From Auanema rhodensis (taxonomy: Eukaryota > Animalia > Nematoda): a stretch of 64,000 nucleotides of DNA. A program made the position numbers and the translations under genes. Of the stretch, positions 25,979 through 39,700 are shown one piece after another; within the stretch, counting starts at the first letter, position 1; each line of letters opens with the position of its first letter. Under the pieces are notes generated by a model that saw nothing but the letters and a program-made list of their open reading frames with translations, was not told where the DNA came from and searched no databases. The stretch is taken from the NCBI GenBank assembly GCA_964057225.1, contig OZ059895.1, positions 23,126,001 to 23,190,000 on the forward strand, given 5' to 3'.

Positions 25979-28900
25979 TGTAGTATAGTGCATTCGATGC
26001 GGATTTTTAAGCTGCATCGATCTGTGTTATCAGATTTGCGCTAGCTTAAAAATGCACCAAAATATCAACTGATATAAGTTCACACATATATCCTCGATTT
26101 TCACCCTGAAGAATTAATTTTTTCGTTGAATAGCAATGTCCATCGTCTTTGCCTTGAAAAAAGGAATCTAAAAACATCTACTATTTGCTAAATTATTTTG
26201 AAATTTTTCGAAAAAATTTTTGTCAAAATGTTTTTGGAAGCAATGTTGAGTGTACATGGAAACTCAACATACACTAATGCATCATTTTTCAAACGATCAT
26301 AACTAATTTTTGTATTAAGCGTTTCTCAATGTAGTATAGTGCATTCGATGCGGATTTTTAAGCTGCGTCGATCTGTGTTATCAGATTTGCGCTAGCTTAA
26401 AAATGCACCGAGATATCAACTGATATATGTTCACACTTATATCCTCGATTTTCACACTGAAGAATTAATTTTTTCGTTGAATAACAATGTCCATCGTCTT
26501 TGCCTTGAAAAAAGGAATCTAAAAACATCTACTTTTTGCTAAATTATTTTGAAATTTTTCGAAAAAATTTTTGTCAAAATGTTTTTGGAAGCAATGTTGA
26601 GTGTACATGGAAACTCAACATACACTAATGCATCATTTTTCAAACGATCATAACTAATTTTTGTATTAAGCGTTTCTCAATGTAGTATAGTGCATTCGAT
26701 GCGGATTTTTAAGCTGCATCGATCTGTGTTATCAGATTTGCGCTAGCTTAAAAATGCACCGAGATATCAACTGATATAAGTTCACACTTATATCCTCGAT
26801 TTTCACCCTGAAGAATTAATTTTTTCGTTGAATAACAATGTCCATCGTCTTTGCCTTGAAAAAAGGAATCTAAAAACATCTACTTTTTGCTAAATTATTT
26901 TGAAATTTTTCGAAAAAATTTTTGTCAAAATGTTTTTGGAAGCAATGTTGAGTGTACATGGAAACTCAACATACACTAATGCATCATTTTTCAAACGATC
27001 ATAACTAATTTTTGTATTAAGCGTTTCTCAATGTAGTATAGTGCATTCGATGCGGATTTTTAAGCTGCGTCGATCTGTTTTATCAGATTTGCGCTAGCTT
27101 AAAAATGCACCGAAATATCAACTGATATAAGTTCACACATATATCCTCGATTTTCACCCTGAAGAATTAATTTTTTCGTTGAATAGCAATGTCTATCGTC
27201 TTTGCCTTGAAAAAAGGAATCTAAAAACATCTACTTTTTGCTAAATTATTTTGAAATTTTTCGAAAAAATTTTTGTCAAAATGTTTTTGGAAGCAATGTT
27301 GAGTGTACATGGAAACTCAACATACACTAATGCATCATTTTTCAAACGATCATAACTAATTTTTGTATTAAGCGTTTCTCAATGTAGTATAGTGCATTCG
27401 ATGCGGATTTTTAAGCTGCGTCGATCTGTTTTATCAGATTTGCGCTAGCTTAAAAATGCACCGAAATATCAACTGATATAAGTTCACACATATATCCTCG
27501 ATTTTCACCCTGAAGAATTAATTTTTTCGTTGAATAGCAATGTCTATCGTCTTTGCCTTGAAAAAAGGAATCTAAAAACATCTACTTTTTGCTAAATTAT
27601 TTTGAAATTTTTCGAAAAAATTTTTGTCAAAATGTTTTTGGAAGCAATGTTGAGTGTACATGGAAACTCAACATACACTAATGCATCATTTTTCAAACGA
27701 TCATAACTAATTTTTGTATTAAGCGTTTCTCAATGTAGTATAGTGCATTCGATGCAGATTTTTAAGCTGCGTCGATCTGTGTTATCAGATTTGCGCTAGC
27801 TTAAAAATGCACCGAGATATCAACTGATATATGTTCACACATATATCCTTGATTTTCACCCTGAAGAATTAATTTTTTCGTTGAATAACAATGTCCATCG
27901 TCTTTGCCTTGAAAAAAGGAATCTAAAAACATCTACTTTTTGCTAAATTATTTTGAAATTTTTCGAAAAAATTTTTGTCAAAATGTTTTTGGAAGCAATG
28001 TTGAGTGTACATGGAAACTCAACATACACTAATGCATCATTTTTCAAACGATCATAACTAATTTTTGTATTAAGCGTTTCTCAATGTAGTATAGTGCATT
28101 CGATGCGGATTTTTAAGCTGCATCGATCTGTGTTATCAGATTTGCGCTAGCTTAAAAATGCACCGAGATATCAACTGATATAAGTTCACACTTATATCCT
28201 CGATTTTCACCCTGAAGAATTAATTTTTTCGTTGAATAACAATGTCCATCGTCTTTGCCTTGAAAAAAGGAATCTAAAAACATCTACTTTTTGCTAAATT
28301 ATTTTGAAATTTTTCGAAAAAATTTTTGTCAAAATGTTTTTGGAAGCAATGTTGAGTGTACATGGAAACTCAACATACACTAATGCATCATTTTTCAAAC
28401 GATCAAAACTAATTTTTGTATTAAGCGTTTCTCAATGTAGTATAGTGCATTCGATGCGGATTTTTAAGCTGCATCGATCTGTGTTATCAGATTTGCGCTA
28501 GCTTAAAAATGCACCAAAATATCAACTGATATAAGTTCACACATATATCCTCGATTTTCACCCTGAAGAATTAATTTTTTCGTTGAATAGCAATGTCCAT
28601 CGTCTTTGCCTTGAAAAAAGGAATCTAAAAACATCTACTATTTGCTAAATTATTTTGAAATTTTTCGAAAAAATTTTTGTCAAAATGTTTTTGGAAGCAA
28701 TGTTGAGTGTACATGGAAACTCAACATACACTAATGCATCATTTTTCAAACGATCATAACTAATTTTTGTATTAAGCGTTTCTCAATGTAGTATAGTGCA
28801 TTCGATGCGGATTTTTAAGCTGCGTCGATCTGTGTTATCAGATTTGCGCTAGCTTAAAAATGCACCGAGATATCAACTGATATATGTTCACACTTATATC

Positions 28901-31900
28901 CTCGATTTTCACACTGAAGAATTAATTTTTTCGTTGAATAACAATGTCCATCGTCTTTGCCTTGAAAAAAGGAATCTAAAAACATCTACTTTTTGCTAAA
29001 TTATTTTGAAATTTTTCGAAAAAATTTTTGTCAAAATGTTTTTGGAAGCAATGTTGAGTGTACATGGAAACTCAACATACACTAATGCATCATTTTTCAA
29101 ACGATCATAACTAATTTTTGTATTAAGCGTTTCTCAATGTAGTATAGTGCATTCGATGCGGATTTTTAAGCTGCATCGATCTGTGTTATCAGATTTGCGC
29201 TAGCTTAAAAATGCACCGAGATATCAACTGATATAAGTTCACACTTATATCCTCGATTTTCACCCTGAAGAATTAATTTTTTCGTTGAATAACAATGTCC
29301 ATCGTCTTTGCCTTGAAAAAAGGAATCTAAAAACATCTACTTTTTGCTAAATTATTTTGAAATTTTTCGAAAAAATTTTTGTCAAAATGTTTTTGGAAGC
29401 AATGTTGAGTGTACATGGAAACTCAACATACACTAATGCATCATTTTTCAAACGATCATAACTAATTTTTGTATTAAGCGTTTCTCAATGTAGTATAGTG
29501 CATTCGATGCGGATTTTTAAGCTGCATCGATCTGTGTTATCAGATTTGCGCTAGCTTAAAAATGCACCGAGATATCAACTGATATAAGTTCACACTTATA
29601 TCCTCGATTTTCACCCTGAAGAATTAATTTTTTCGTTGAATAACAATGTCCATCGTCTTTGCCTTGAAAAAAGGAATCTAAAAACATCTACTTTTTGCTA
29701 AATTATTTTGAAATTTTTCGAAAAAATTTTTGTCAAAATGTTTTTGGAAGCAATGTTGAGTGTACATGGAAACTCAACATACACTAATGCATCATTTTTC
29801 AAACGATCAAAACTAATTTTTGTATTAAGCGTTTCTCAATGTAGTATAGTGCATTCGATGCGGATTTTTAAGCTGCATCGATCTGTGTTATCAGATTTGC
29901 GCTAGCTTAAAAATGCACCAAAATATCAACTGATATAAGTTCACACATATATCCTCGATTTTCACCCTGAAGAATTAATTTTTTCGTTGAATAGCAATGT
30001 CCATCGTCTTTGCCTTGAAAAAAGGAATCTAAAAACATCTACTATTTGCTAAATTATTTTGAAATTTTTCGAAAAAATTTTTGTCAAAATGTTTTTGGAA
30101 GCAATGTTGAGTGTACATGGAAACTCAACATACACTAATGCATCATTTTTCAAACGATCATAACTAATTTTTGTATTAAGCGTTTCTCAATGTAGTATAG
30201 TGCATTCGATGCGGATTTTTAAGCTGCGTCGATCTGTGTTATCAGATTTGCGCTAGCTTAAAAATGCACCGAGATATCAACTGATATATGTTCACACTTA
30301 TATCCTCGATTTTCACACTGAAGAATTAATTTTTTCGTTGAATAACAATGTCCATCGTCTTTGCCTTGAAAAAAGGAATCTAAAAACATCTACTTTTTGC
30401 TAAATTATTTTGAAATTTTTCGAAAAAATTTTTGTCAAAATGTTTTTGGAAGCAATGTTGAGTGTACATGGAAACTCAACATACACTAATGCATCATTTT
30501 TCAAACGATCATAACTAATTTTTGTATTAAGCGTTTCTCAATGTAGTATAGTGCATTCGATGCGGATTTTTAAGCTGCATCGATCTGTGTTATCAGATTT
30601 GCGCTAGCTTAAAAATGCACCGAGATATCAACTGATATAAGTTCACACTTATATCCTCGATTTTCACCCTGAAGAATTAATTTTTTCGTTGAATAACAAT
30701 GTCCATCGTCTTTGCCTTGAAAAAAGGAATCTAAAAACATCTACTTTTTGCTAAATTATTTTGAAATTTTTCGAAAAAATTTTTGTCAAAATGTTTTTGG
30801 AAGCAATGTTGAGTGTACATGGAAACTCAACATACACTAATGCATCATTTTTCAAACGATCATAACTAATTTTTGTATTAAGCGTTTCTCAATGTAGTAT
30901 AGTGCATTCGATGCGGATTTTTAAGCTGCGTCGATCTGTTTTATCAGATTTGCGCTAGCTTAAAAATGCACCGAAATATCAACTGATATAAGTTCACACA
31001 TATATCCTCGATTTTCACCCTGAAGAATTAATTTTTTCGTTGAATAGCAATGTCTATCGTCTTTGCCTTGAAAAAAGGAATCTAAAAACATCTACTTTTT
31101 GCTAAATTATTTTGAAATTTTTCGAAAAAATTTTTGTCAAAATGTTTTTGGAAGCAATGTTGAGTGTACATGGAAACTCAACATACACTAATGCATCATT
31201 TTTCAAACGATCATAACTAATTTTTGTATTAAGCGTTTCTCAATGTAGTATAGTGCATTCGATGCGGATTTTTAAGCTGCGTCGATCTGTTTTATCAGAT
31301 TTGCGCTAGCTTAAAAATGCACCGAAATATCAACTGATATAAGTTCACACATATATCCTCGATTTTCACCCTGAAGAATTAATTTTTTCGTTGAATAGCA
31401 ATGTCTATCGTCTTTGCCTTGAAAAAAGGAATCTAAAAACATCTACTTTTTGCTAAATTATTTTGAAATTTTTCGAAAAAATTTTTGTCAAAATGTTTTT
31501 GGAAGCAATGTTGAGTGTACATGGAAACTCAACATACACTAATGCATCATTTTTCAAACGATCATAACTAATTTTTGTATTAAGCGTTTCTCAATGTAGT
31601 ATAGTGCATTCGATGCAGATTTTTAAGCTGCGTCGATCTGTGTTATCAGATTTGCGCTAGCTTAAAAATGCACCGAGATATCAACTGATATATGTTCACA
31701 CATATATCCTTGATTTTCACCCTGAAGAATTAATTTTTTCGTTGAATAACAATGTCCATCGTCTTTGCCTTGAAAAAAGGAATCTAAAAACATCTACGTT
31801 TTGCTAAATTATTTTGAAATTTTTCGAAAAAATTTTTGTCAAAATGTTTTTGGAAGCAATGTTGAGTGTACATGGAAACTCAACATACACTAATGCATCA

Positions 31901-32999
31901 TTTTTCAAACGATCATAACTAATTTTTGTATTAAGCGTTTCTCAATGTAGTATAGTGCATTCGATGCGGATTTTTAAGCTGCATCGATCTGTGTTATCAG
32001 ATTTGCGCTAGCTTAAAAATGCACCAAAATATCAACTGATATAAGTTCACACATATATCCTCGATTTTCACCCTGAAGAATTAATTTTTTCGTTGAATAG
32101 CAATGTCCATCGTCTTTGCCCTTGAAAAAAGGAATCTAAAAACATCTACTATTTGCTAAATTATTTTGAAATTTTTCGAAAAAATTTTTGTCAAAATGTT
32201 TTTGGAAGCAATGTTGAGTGTACATGGAAACTCAACATACACTAATGCATCATTTTTCAAACGATCATAACTAATTTTTGTATTAAGCGTTTCTCAATGT
32301 AGTATAGTGCATTCGATGCGGATTTTTAAGCTGCGTCGATCTGTGTTATCAGATTTGCGCTAGCTTAAAAATGCACCGAGATATCAACTGATATATGTTC
32401 ACACTTATATCCTCGATTTTCACACTGAAGAATTAATTTTTTCGTTGAATAACAATGTCCATCGTCTTTGCCTTGAAAAAAGGAATCTAAAAACATCTAC
32501 TTTTTGCTAAATTATTTTGAAATTTTTCGAAAAAATTTTTGTCAAAATGTTTTTGGAAGCAATGTTGAGTGTACATGGAAACTCAACATACACTAATGCA
32601 TCATTTTTCAAACGATCATAACTAATTTTTGTATTAAGCGTTTCTCAATGTAGTATAGTGCATTCGATGCGGATTTTTAAGCTGCATCGATCTGTGTTAT
32701 CAGATTTGCGCTAGCTTAAAAATGCACCGAGATATCAACTGATATAAGTTCACACTTATATCCTCGATTTTCACCCTGAAGAATTAATTTTTTCGTTGAA
32801 TAACAATGTCCATCGTCTTTGCCTTGAAAAAAGGAATCTAAAAACATCTACTTTTTGCTAAATTATTTTGAAATTTTTCGAAAAAATTTTTGTCAAAATG
32901 TTTTTGGAAGCAATGTTGAGTGTACATGGAAACTCAACATACACTAATGCATCATTTTTCAAACGATCATAACTAATTTTTGTATTAAGCGTTTCTCAA
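25979..32999. repeat. Higher-order repeat domain: 6-monomer (2106-bp) unit plus partial copies
   Basis: The order [accaaaat+tactatt]-[cacactga]-[ctgcatcg]-[aatagca+tctatc]x2-[gcaga+ccttg] occurs at 25979-28084 and 29840-31945. The first three members repeat at 28436 and 31946. Confidence 0.85.
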
Positions 33000-33700
33000 T
33001 GTAGTATAGTGCATTCGATGCGGATTTTTAAGCTGCGTCGATCTGTTTTATCAGATTTGCGCTAGCTTAAAAATGCACCGAAATATCAACTGATATAAGT
33101 TCACACATATATCCTCGATTTTCACCCTGAAGAATTAATTTTTTCGTTGAATAGCAATGTCCATCGTCTTTGCCTTGAAAAAAGGAATCTAAAAACATCT
33201 ACTTTTTGCTAAATTATTTTGAAATTTTTCGAAAAAATTTTTGTCAAAATGTTTTTGGAAGCAATGTTGAGTGTACATGGAAACTCAACATACACTAATG
33301 CATCATTTTTCAAACGATCATAACTAATTTTTGTATTAAGCGTTTCTCAATGTAGTATAGTGCATTCGATGCAGATTTTTAAGCTGCGTCGATCTGTGTT
33401 ATCAGATTTGCGCTAGCTTAAAATGCACCGAGATATCAACTGATATATGTTCACACTTATATCCTCGATTTTCACCCTGAAGAATTAATTTTTTCGTTGA
33501 ATAACAATGTCCATCGTCTTTGCCTTGAAAAAAGGAATCTAAAAACATCTACTTTTTGCTAAATTATTTTGAAATTTTTCGAAAAAATTTTTGTCAAAAT
33601 GTTTTTGGAAGCAATGTTGAGTGTACATGGAAACTCAACATACACTAATGCATCATTTTTCAAACGATCATAACTAATTTTTGTATTAAGCGTTTCTCAA

Positions 33701-36700
33701 TGTAGTATAGTGCATTTGATGCGGATTTTTAAGCTGCATCGATCTGTGTTATCAGATTTGCGCTAGCTTAAAAATGCACCGAGATATCAACTGATATAAG
33801 TTCACACTTATATCCTCGATTTTCACCCTGAAGAATTAATTTTTTCGTTGAATAACAATGTCTATCGTCTTTGCCTTAAAAAAAGGAATCTAAAAACATC
33901 TACTTTTTGCTAAATTATTTTGAAATTTTTCGAAAAAATTTTTGTCAAAATGTTTTTGGAAGCAATGTTGAGTGTACATGGAAACTCAACATACACTAAT
34001 GCATCATTTTTCAAACGATCATAACTAATTTTTGTATTAAGCGTTTCTCAATGTAGTATAGTGCATTCGATGCGGATTTTTAAGCTGCGTCGATCTGTTT
34101 TATCAGATTTGCGCTAGCTTAAAAATGCACCGAAATATCAACTGATATAAGTTCACACATATATCCTCGATTTTCACCCTGAAGAATTAATTTTTTCGTT
34201 GAATAACAATGTCCATCGTCTTTGCCTTGAAAAAAGGAATCTAAAAACATCTACTTTTTGCTAAATTATTTTGAAATTTTTCGAAAAAATTTTTGTCAAA
34301 ATGTTTTTGGAAGCAATGTTGAGTGTACATGGAAACTCAACATACACTAATGCATCATTTTTCAAACGATCATAACTAATTTTTGTATTAAGCGTTTCTC
34401 AATGTAGTATAGTGCATTCGATGCGGATTTTTAAGCTGCGTCGATCTGTTTTATCAGATTTGCGCTAGCTTAAAAATGCACCGAAATATCAACTGATATA
34501 AGTTCACACATATATCCTCGATTTTCACCCTGAAGAATTAATTTTTTCGTTGAATAGCAATGTCCATCGTCTTTGCCTTGAAAAAAGGAATCTAAAAACA
34601 TCTACTTTTTGCTAAATTATTTTGAAATTTTTCGAAAAAATTTTTGTCAAAATGTTTTTGGAAGCAATGTTGAGTGTACATGGAAACTCAACATACACTA
34701 ATGCATCATTTTTCAAACGATCATAACTAATTTTTGTATTAAGCGTTTCTCAATGTAGTATAGTGCATTCGATGCGGATTTTTAAGCTGCATCGATCTGT
34801 GTTATCAGATTTGCGCTAGCTTAAAAATGCACCGAGATATCAACTGATATAAGTTCACACTTATATCCTCGATTTTCACCCTGAAGAATTAATTTTTTCG
34901 TTGAATAACAATGTCTATCGTCTTTGCCTTAAAAAAAGGAATCTAAAAACATCTACTTTTTGCTAAATTATTTTGAAATTTTTCGAAAAAATTTTTGTCA
35001 AAATGTTTTTGGAAGCAATGTTGAGTGTACATGGAAACTCAACATACACTAATGCATCATTTTTCAAACGATCATAACTAATTTTTGTATTAAGCGTTTC
35101 TCAATGTAGTATAGTGCATTCGATGCGGATTTTTAAGCTGCGTCGATCTGTGTTATCAGATTTGCGCTAGCTTAAAAATGCACCGAGATATCAACTGATA
35201 TATGTTCACACTTATATCCTTGATTTTCACCCTGAAGAATTAATTTTTTCGTTGAATAACAATGTCCATCGTCTTTGCCTTGAAAAAAGGAATCTAAAAA
35301 CATCTACTTTTTGCTAAATTATTTTGAAATTTTTCGAAAAAATTTTTGTCAAAATGTTTTTGGAAGCAATGTTGAGTGTACATGGAAACTCAACATACAC
35401 TAATGCATCATTTTTCAAACGATCATAACTAATTTTTGTATTAAGCGTTTCTCAATGTAGTATAGTGCATTCGATGCGGATTTTTAAGCTGCGTCGATCT
35501 GTTTTATCAGATTTGCGCTAGCTTAAAAATGCACCGAAATATCAACTGATATAAGTTCACACATATATCCTCGATTTTCACCCTGAAGAATTAATTTTTT
35601 CGTTGAATAGCAATGTCCATCGTCTTTGCCTTGAAAAAAGGAATCTAAAAACATCTACTTTTTGCTAAATTATTTTGAAATTTTTCGAAAAAATTTTTGT
35701 CAAAATGTTTTTGGAAGCAATGTTGAGTGTACATGGAAACTCAACATACACTAATGCATCATTTTTCAAACGATCATAACTAATTTTTGTATTAAGCGTT
35801 TCTCAATGTAGTATAGTGCATTCGATGCAGATTTTTAAGCTGCGTCGATCTGTGTTATCAGATTTGCGCTAGCTTAAAAATGCACCGAGATATCAACTGA
35901 TATATGTTCACACTTATATCCTCGATTTTCACCCTGAAGAATTAATTTTTTCGTTGAATAACAATGTCCATCGTCTTTGCCTTGAAAAAAGGAATCTAAA
36001 AACATCTACTTTTTGCTAAATTATTTTGAAATTTTTCGAAAAAATTTTTGTCAAAATGTTTTTGGAAGCAATGTTGAGTGTACATGGAAGCTCAACATAC
36101 ACTAATGCATCATTTTTCAAACGATCATAACTAATTTTTGTATTAAGCGTTTCTCAATGTAGTATAGTGCATTCGATGCGGATTTTTAAGCTGCATCGAT
36201 CTGTGTTATCAGATTTGCGCTAGCTTAAAAATGCACCGAGATATCAACTGATATAAGTTCACACTTATATCCTCGATTTTCACCCTGAAGAATTAATTTT
36301 TTCGTTGAATAACAATGTCTATCGTCTTTGCCTTAAAAAAAGGAATCTAAAAACATCTACTTTTTGCTAAATTATTTTGAAATTTTTCGAAAAAATTTTT
36401 GTCAAAATGTTTTTGGAAGCAATGTTGAGTGTACATGGAAACTCAACATACACTAATGCATCATTTTTCAAACGATCATAACTAATTTTTGTATTAAGCG
36501 TTTCTCAATGTAGTATAGTGCATTCGATGCGGATTTTCAAGCTGCGTCGATCTGTTTTATCAGATTTGCGCTAGCTTAAAAATGCACCGAGATATCAACT
36601 GATATAAGTTCACACTTATATCCTCGATTTTCACCCTGAAGAATTAATTTTTTCGTTGAATAACATCGTCCATCGTCTTTGCCTTAAGAAAAGGAATCTA

Positions 36701-39700
36701 AAAACATCTACGTTTTGCTAAATTATCTTGAAATTTTTCGAAAAAATTTTTGTCAAAATGTTTTTGGAAGCAATGTTGAGTGTACATGGAAACTCAACAT
36801 ACACTAATGCATCATTTTTCAAACGATCATAACTAATTTTTGTATTAAGCGTTTCTCAATGTAGTATAGTGCATTCGATGCAGATTTTTAAGCTGCGTCG
36901 ATCTGTGTTATCAGATTTGCGCTAGCTTAAAAATGCACCGAGATATCAACTGATATATGTTCACACTTATATCCTCGATTTTCACCCTGAAGAATTAATT
37001 TTTTCGTTGAATAACAATGTCCATCGTCTTTGCCTTGAAAAAAGGAATCTAAAAACATCTACTTTTTGCTAAATTATTTTGAAATTTTTCGAAAAAATTT
37101 TTGTCAAAATGTTTTTGGAAGCAATGTTGAGTGTACATGGAAGCTCAACATACACTAATGCATCATTTTTCAAACGATCATAACTAATTTTTGTATTAAG
37201 CGTTTCTCAATGTAGTATAGTGCATTCGATGCGGATTTTTAAGCTGCATCGATCTGTGTTATCAGATTTGCGCTAGCTTAAAAATGCACCGAGATATCAA
37301 CTGATATAAGTTCACACTTATATCCTCGATTTTCACCCTGAAGAATTAATTTTTTCGTTGAATAACAATGTCTATCGTCTTTGCCTTAAAAAAAGGAATC
37401 TAAAAACATCTACTTTTTGCTAAATTATTTTGAAATTTTTCGAAAAAATTTTTGTCAAAATGTTTTTGGAAGCAATGTTGAGTGTACATGGAAACTCAAC
37501 ATACACTAATGCATCATTTTTCAAACGATCATAACTAATTTTTGTATTAAGCGTTTCTCAATGTAGTATAGTGCATTCGATGCGGATTTTCAAGCTGCGT
37601 CGATCTGTTTTATCAGATTTGCGCTAGCTTAAAAATGCACCGAGATATCAACTGATATAAGTTCACACTTATATCCTCGATTTTCACCCTGAAGAATTAA
37701 TTTTTTCGTTGAATAACATCGTCCATCGTCTTTGCCTTAAGAAAAGGAATCTAAAAACATCTACGTTTTGCTAAATTATCTTGAAATTTTTCGAAAAAAT
37801 TTTTGTCAAAATGTTTTTGGAAGCAATGTTGAGTGTACATGGAAACTCAACATACACTAATGCATCATTTTTCAAACGATCATAACTAATTTTTGTATTA
37901 AGCGTTTCTCAATGTAGTATAGTGCATTCGATGCAGATTTTTAAGCTGCGTCGATCTGTGTTATCAGATTTGCGCTAGCTTAAAAATGCACCGAGATATC
38001 AACTGATATATGTTCACACTTATATCCTCGATTTTCACCCTGAAGAATTAATTTTTTCGTTGAATAACAATGTCCATCGTCTTTGCCTTGAAAAAAGGAA
38101 TCTAAAAACATCTACTTTTTGCTAAATTATTTTGAAATTTTTCGAAAAAATTTTTGTCAAAATGTTTTTGGAAGCAATGTTGAGTGTACATGGAAGCTCA
38201 ACATACACTAATGCATCATTTTTCAAACGATCATAACTAATTTTTGTATTAAGCGTTTCTCAATGTAGTATAGTGCATTCGATGCGGATTTTTAAGCTGC
38301 ATCGATCTGTGTTATCAGATTTGCGCTAGCTTAAAAATGCACCGAGATATCAACTGATATAAGTTCACACTTATATCCTCGATTTTCACCCTGAAGAATT
38401 AATTTTTTCGTTGAATAACAATGTCTATCGTCTTTGCCTTAAAAAAAGGAATCTAAAAACATCTACTTTTTGCTAAATTATTTTGAAATTTTTCGAAAAA
38501 ATTTTTGTCAAAATGTTTTTGGAAGCAATGTTGAGTGTACATGGAAACTCAACATACACTAATGCATCATTTTTCAAACGATCATAACTAATTTTTGTAT
38601 TAAGCGTTTCTCAATGTAGTATAGTGCATTCGATGCGGATTTTCAAGCTGCGTCGATCTGTTTTATCAGATTTGCGCTAGCTTAAAAATGCACCGAGATA
38701 TCAACTGATATAAGTTCACACTTATATCCTCGATTTTCACCCTGAAGAATTAATTTTTTCGTTGAATAACATCGTCCATCGTCTTTGCCTTAAGAAAAGG
38801 AATCTAAAAACATCTACGTTTTGCTAAATTATCTTGAAATTTTTCGAAAAAATTTTTGTCAAAATGTTTTTGGAAGCAATGTTGAGTGTACATGGAAACT
38901 CAACATACACTAATGCATCATTTTTCAAACGATCATAACTAATTTTTGTATTAAGCGTTTCTCAATGTAGTATAGTGCATTCGATGCGGATTTTTAAGCT
39001 GCGTCGATCTGAGTTATCAGATTTGCGCTAGCTTAAAAATGCACCGAGATATCAACTGATATAAGTTCACACTTATATCCTCGATTTTCACCCTGAAGAA
39101 TTAATTTTTTCGTTGAATAACATCGTCCATCGTCTTTGCCTTAAGAAAAGGAATCTAAAAACATCTACGTTTTGCTAAATTATCTTGAAATTTTTCGAAA
39201 AAATTTTTGTCAAAATGTTTTTGGAAGCAATGTTGAGTGTACATGGAAACTCAACATACACTAATGCATCATTTTTCAAACGATCATAACTAATTTTTGT
39301 ATTAAGCGTTTCTCAATGTAGTATAGTGCATTCGATGCGGATTTTTAAGCTGCGTCGATCTGTTTTATCAGATTTGCGCTAGCTTAAAAATGCACCGAAA
39401 TATCAACTGATATAAGTTCACACATATATCCTCGATTTTCACCCTGAAGAATTAATTTTTTCGTTGAATAACAATGTCCATCGTCTTTGCCTTGAAAAAA
39501 GAAATCTAAAAACATCTACTTTTTGCTAAATTATTTTGAAATTTTTCGAAAAAATTTTTGTCAAAATGTTTTTGGAAGCAATGTTGAGTGTACATGGAAA
39601 CTCAACATACACTAATGCATCATTTTTCAAACGATCATAACTAATTTTTGTATTGAGCGTTTCTCAATGTAGTATAGTGCATTCGATGCAGATTTTTAAG

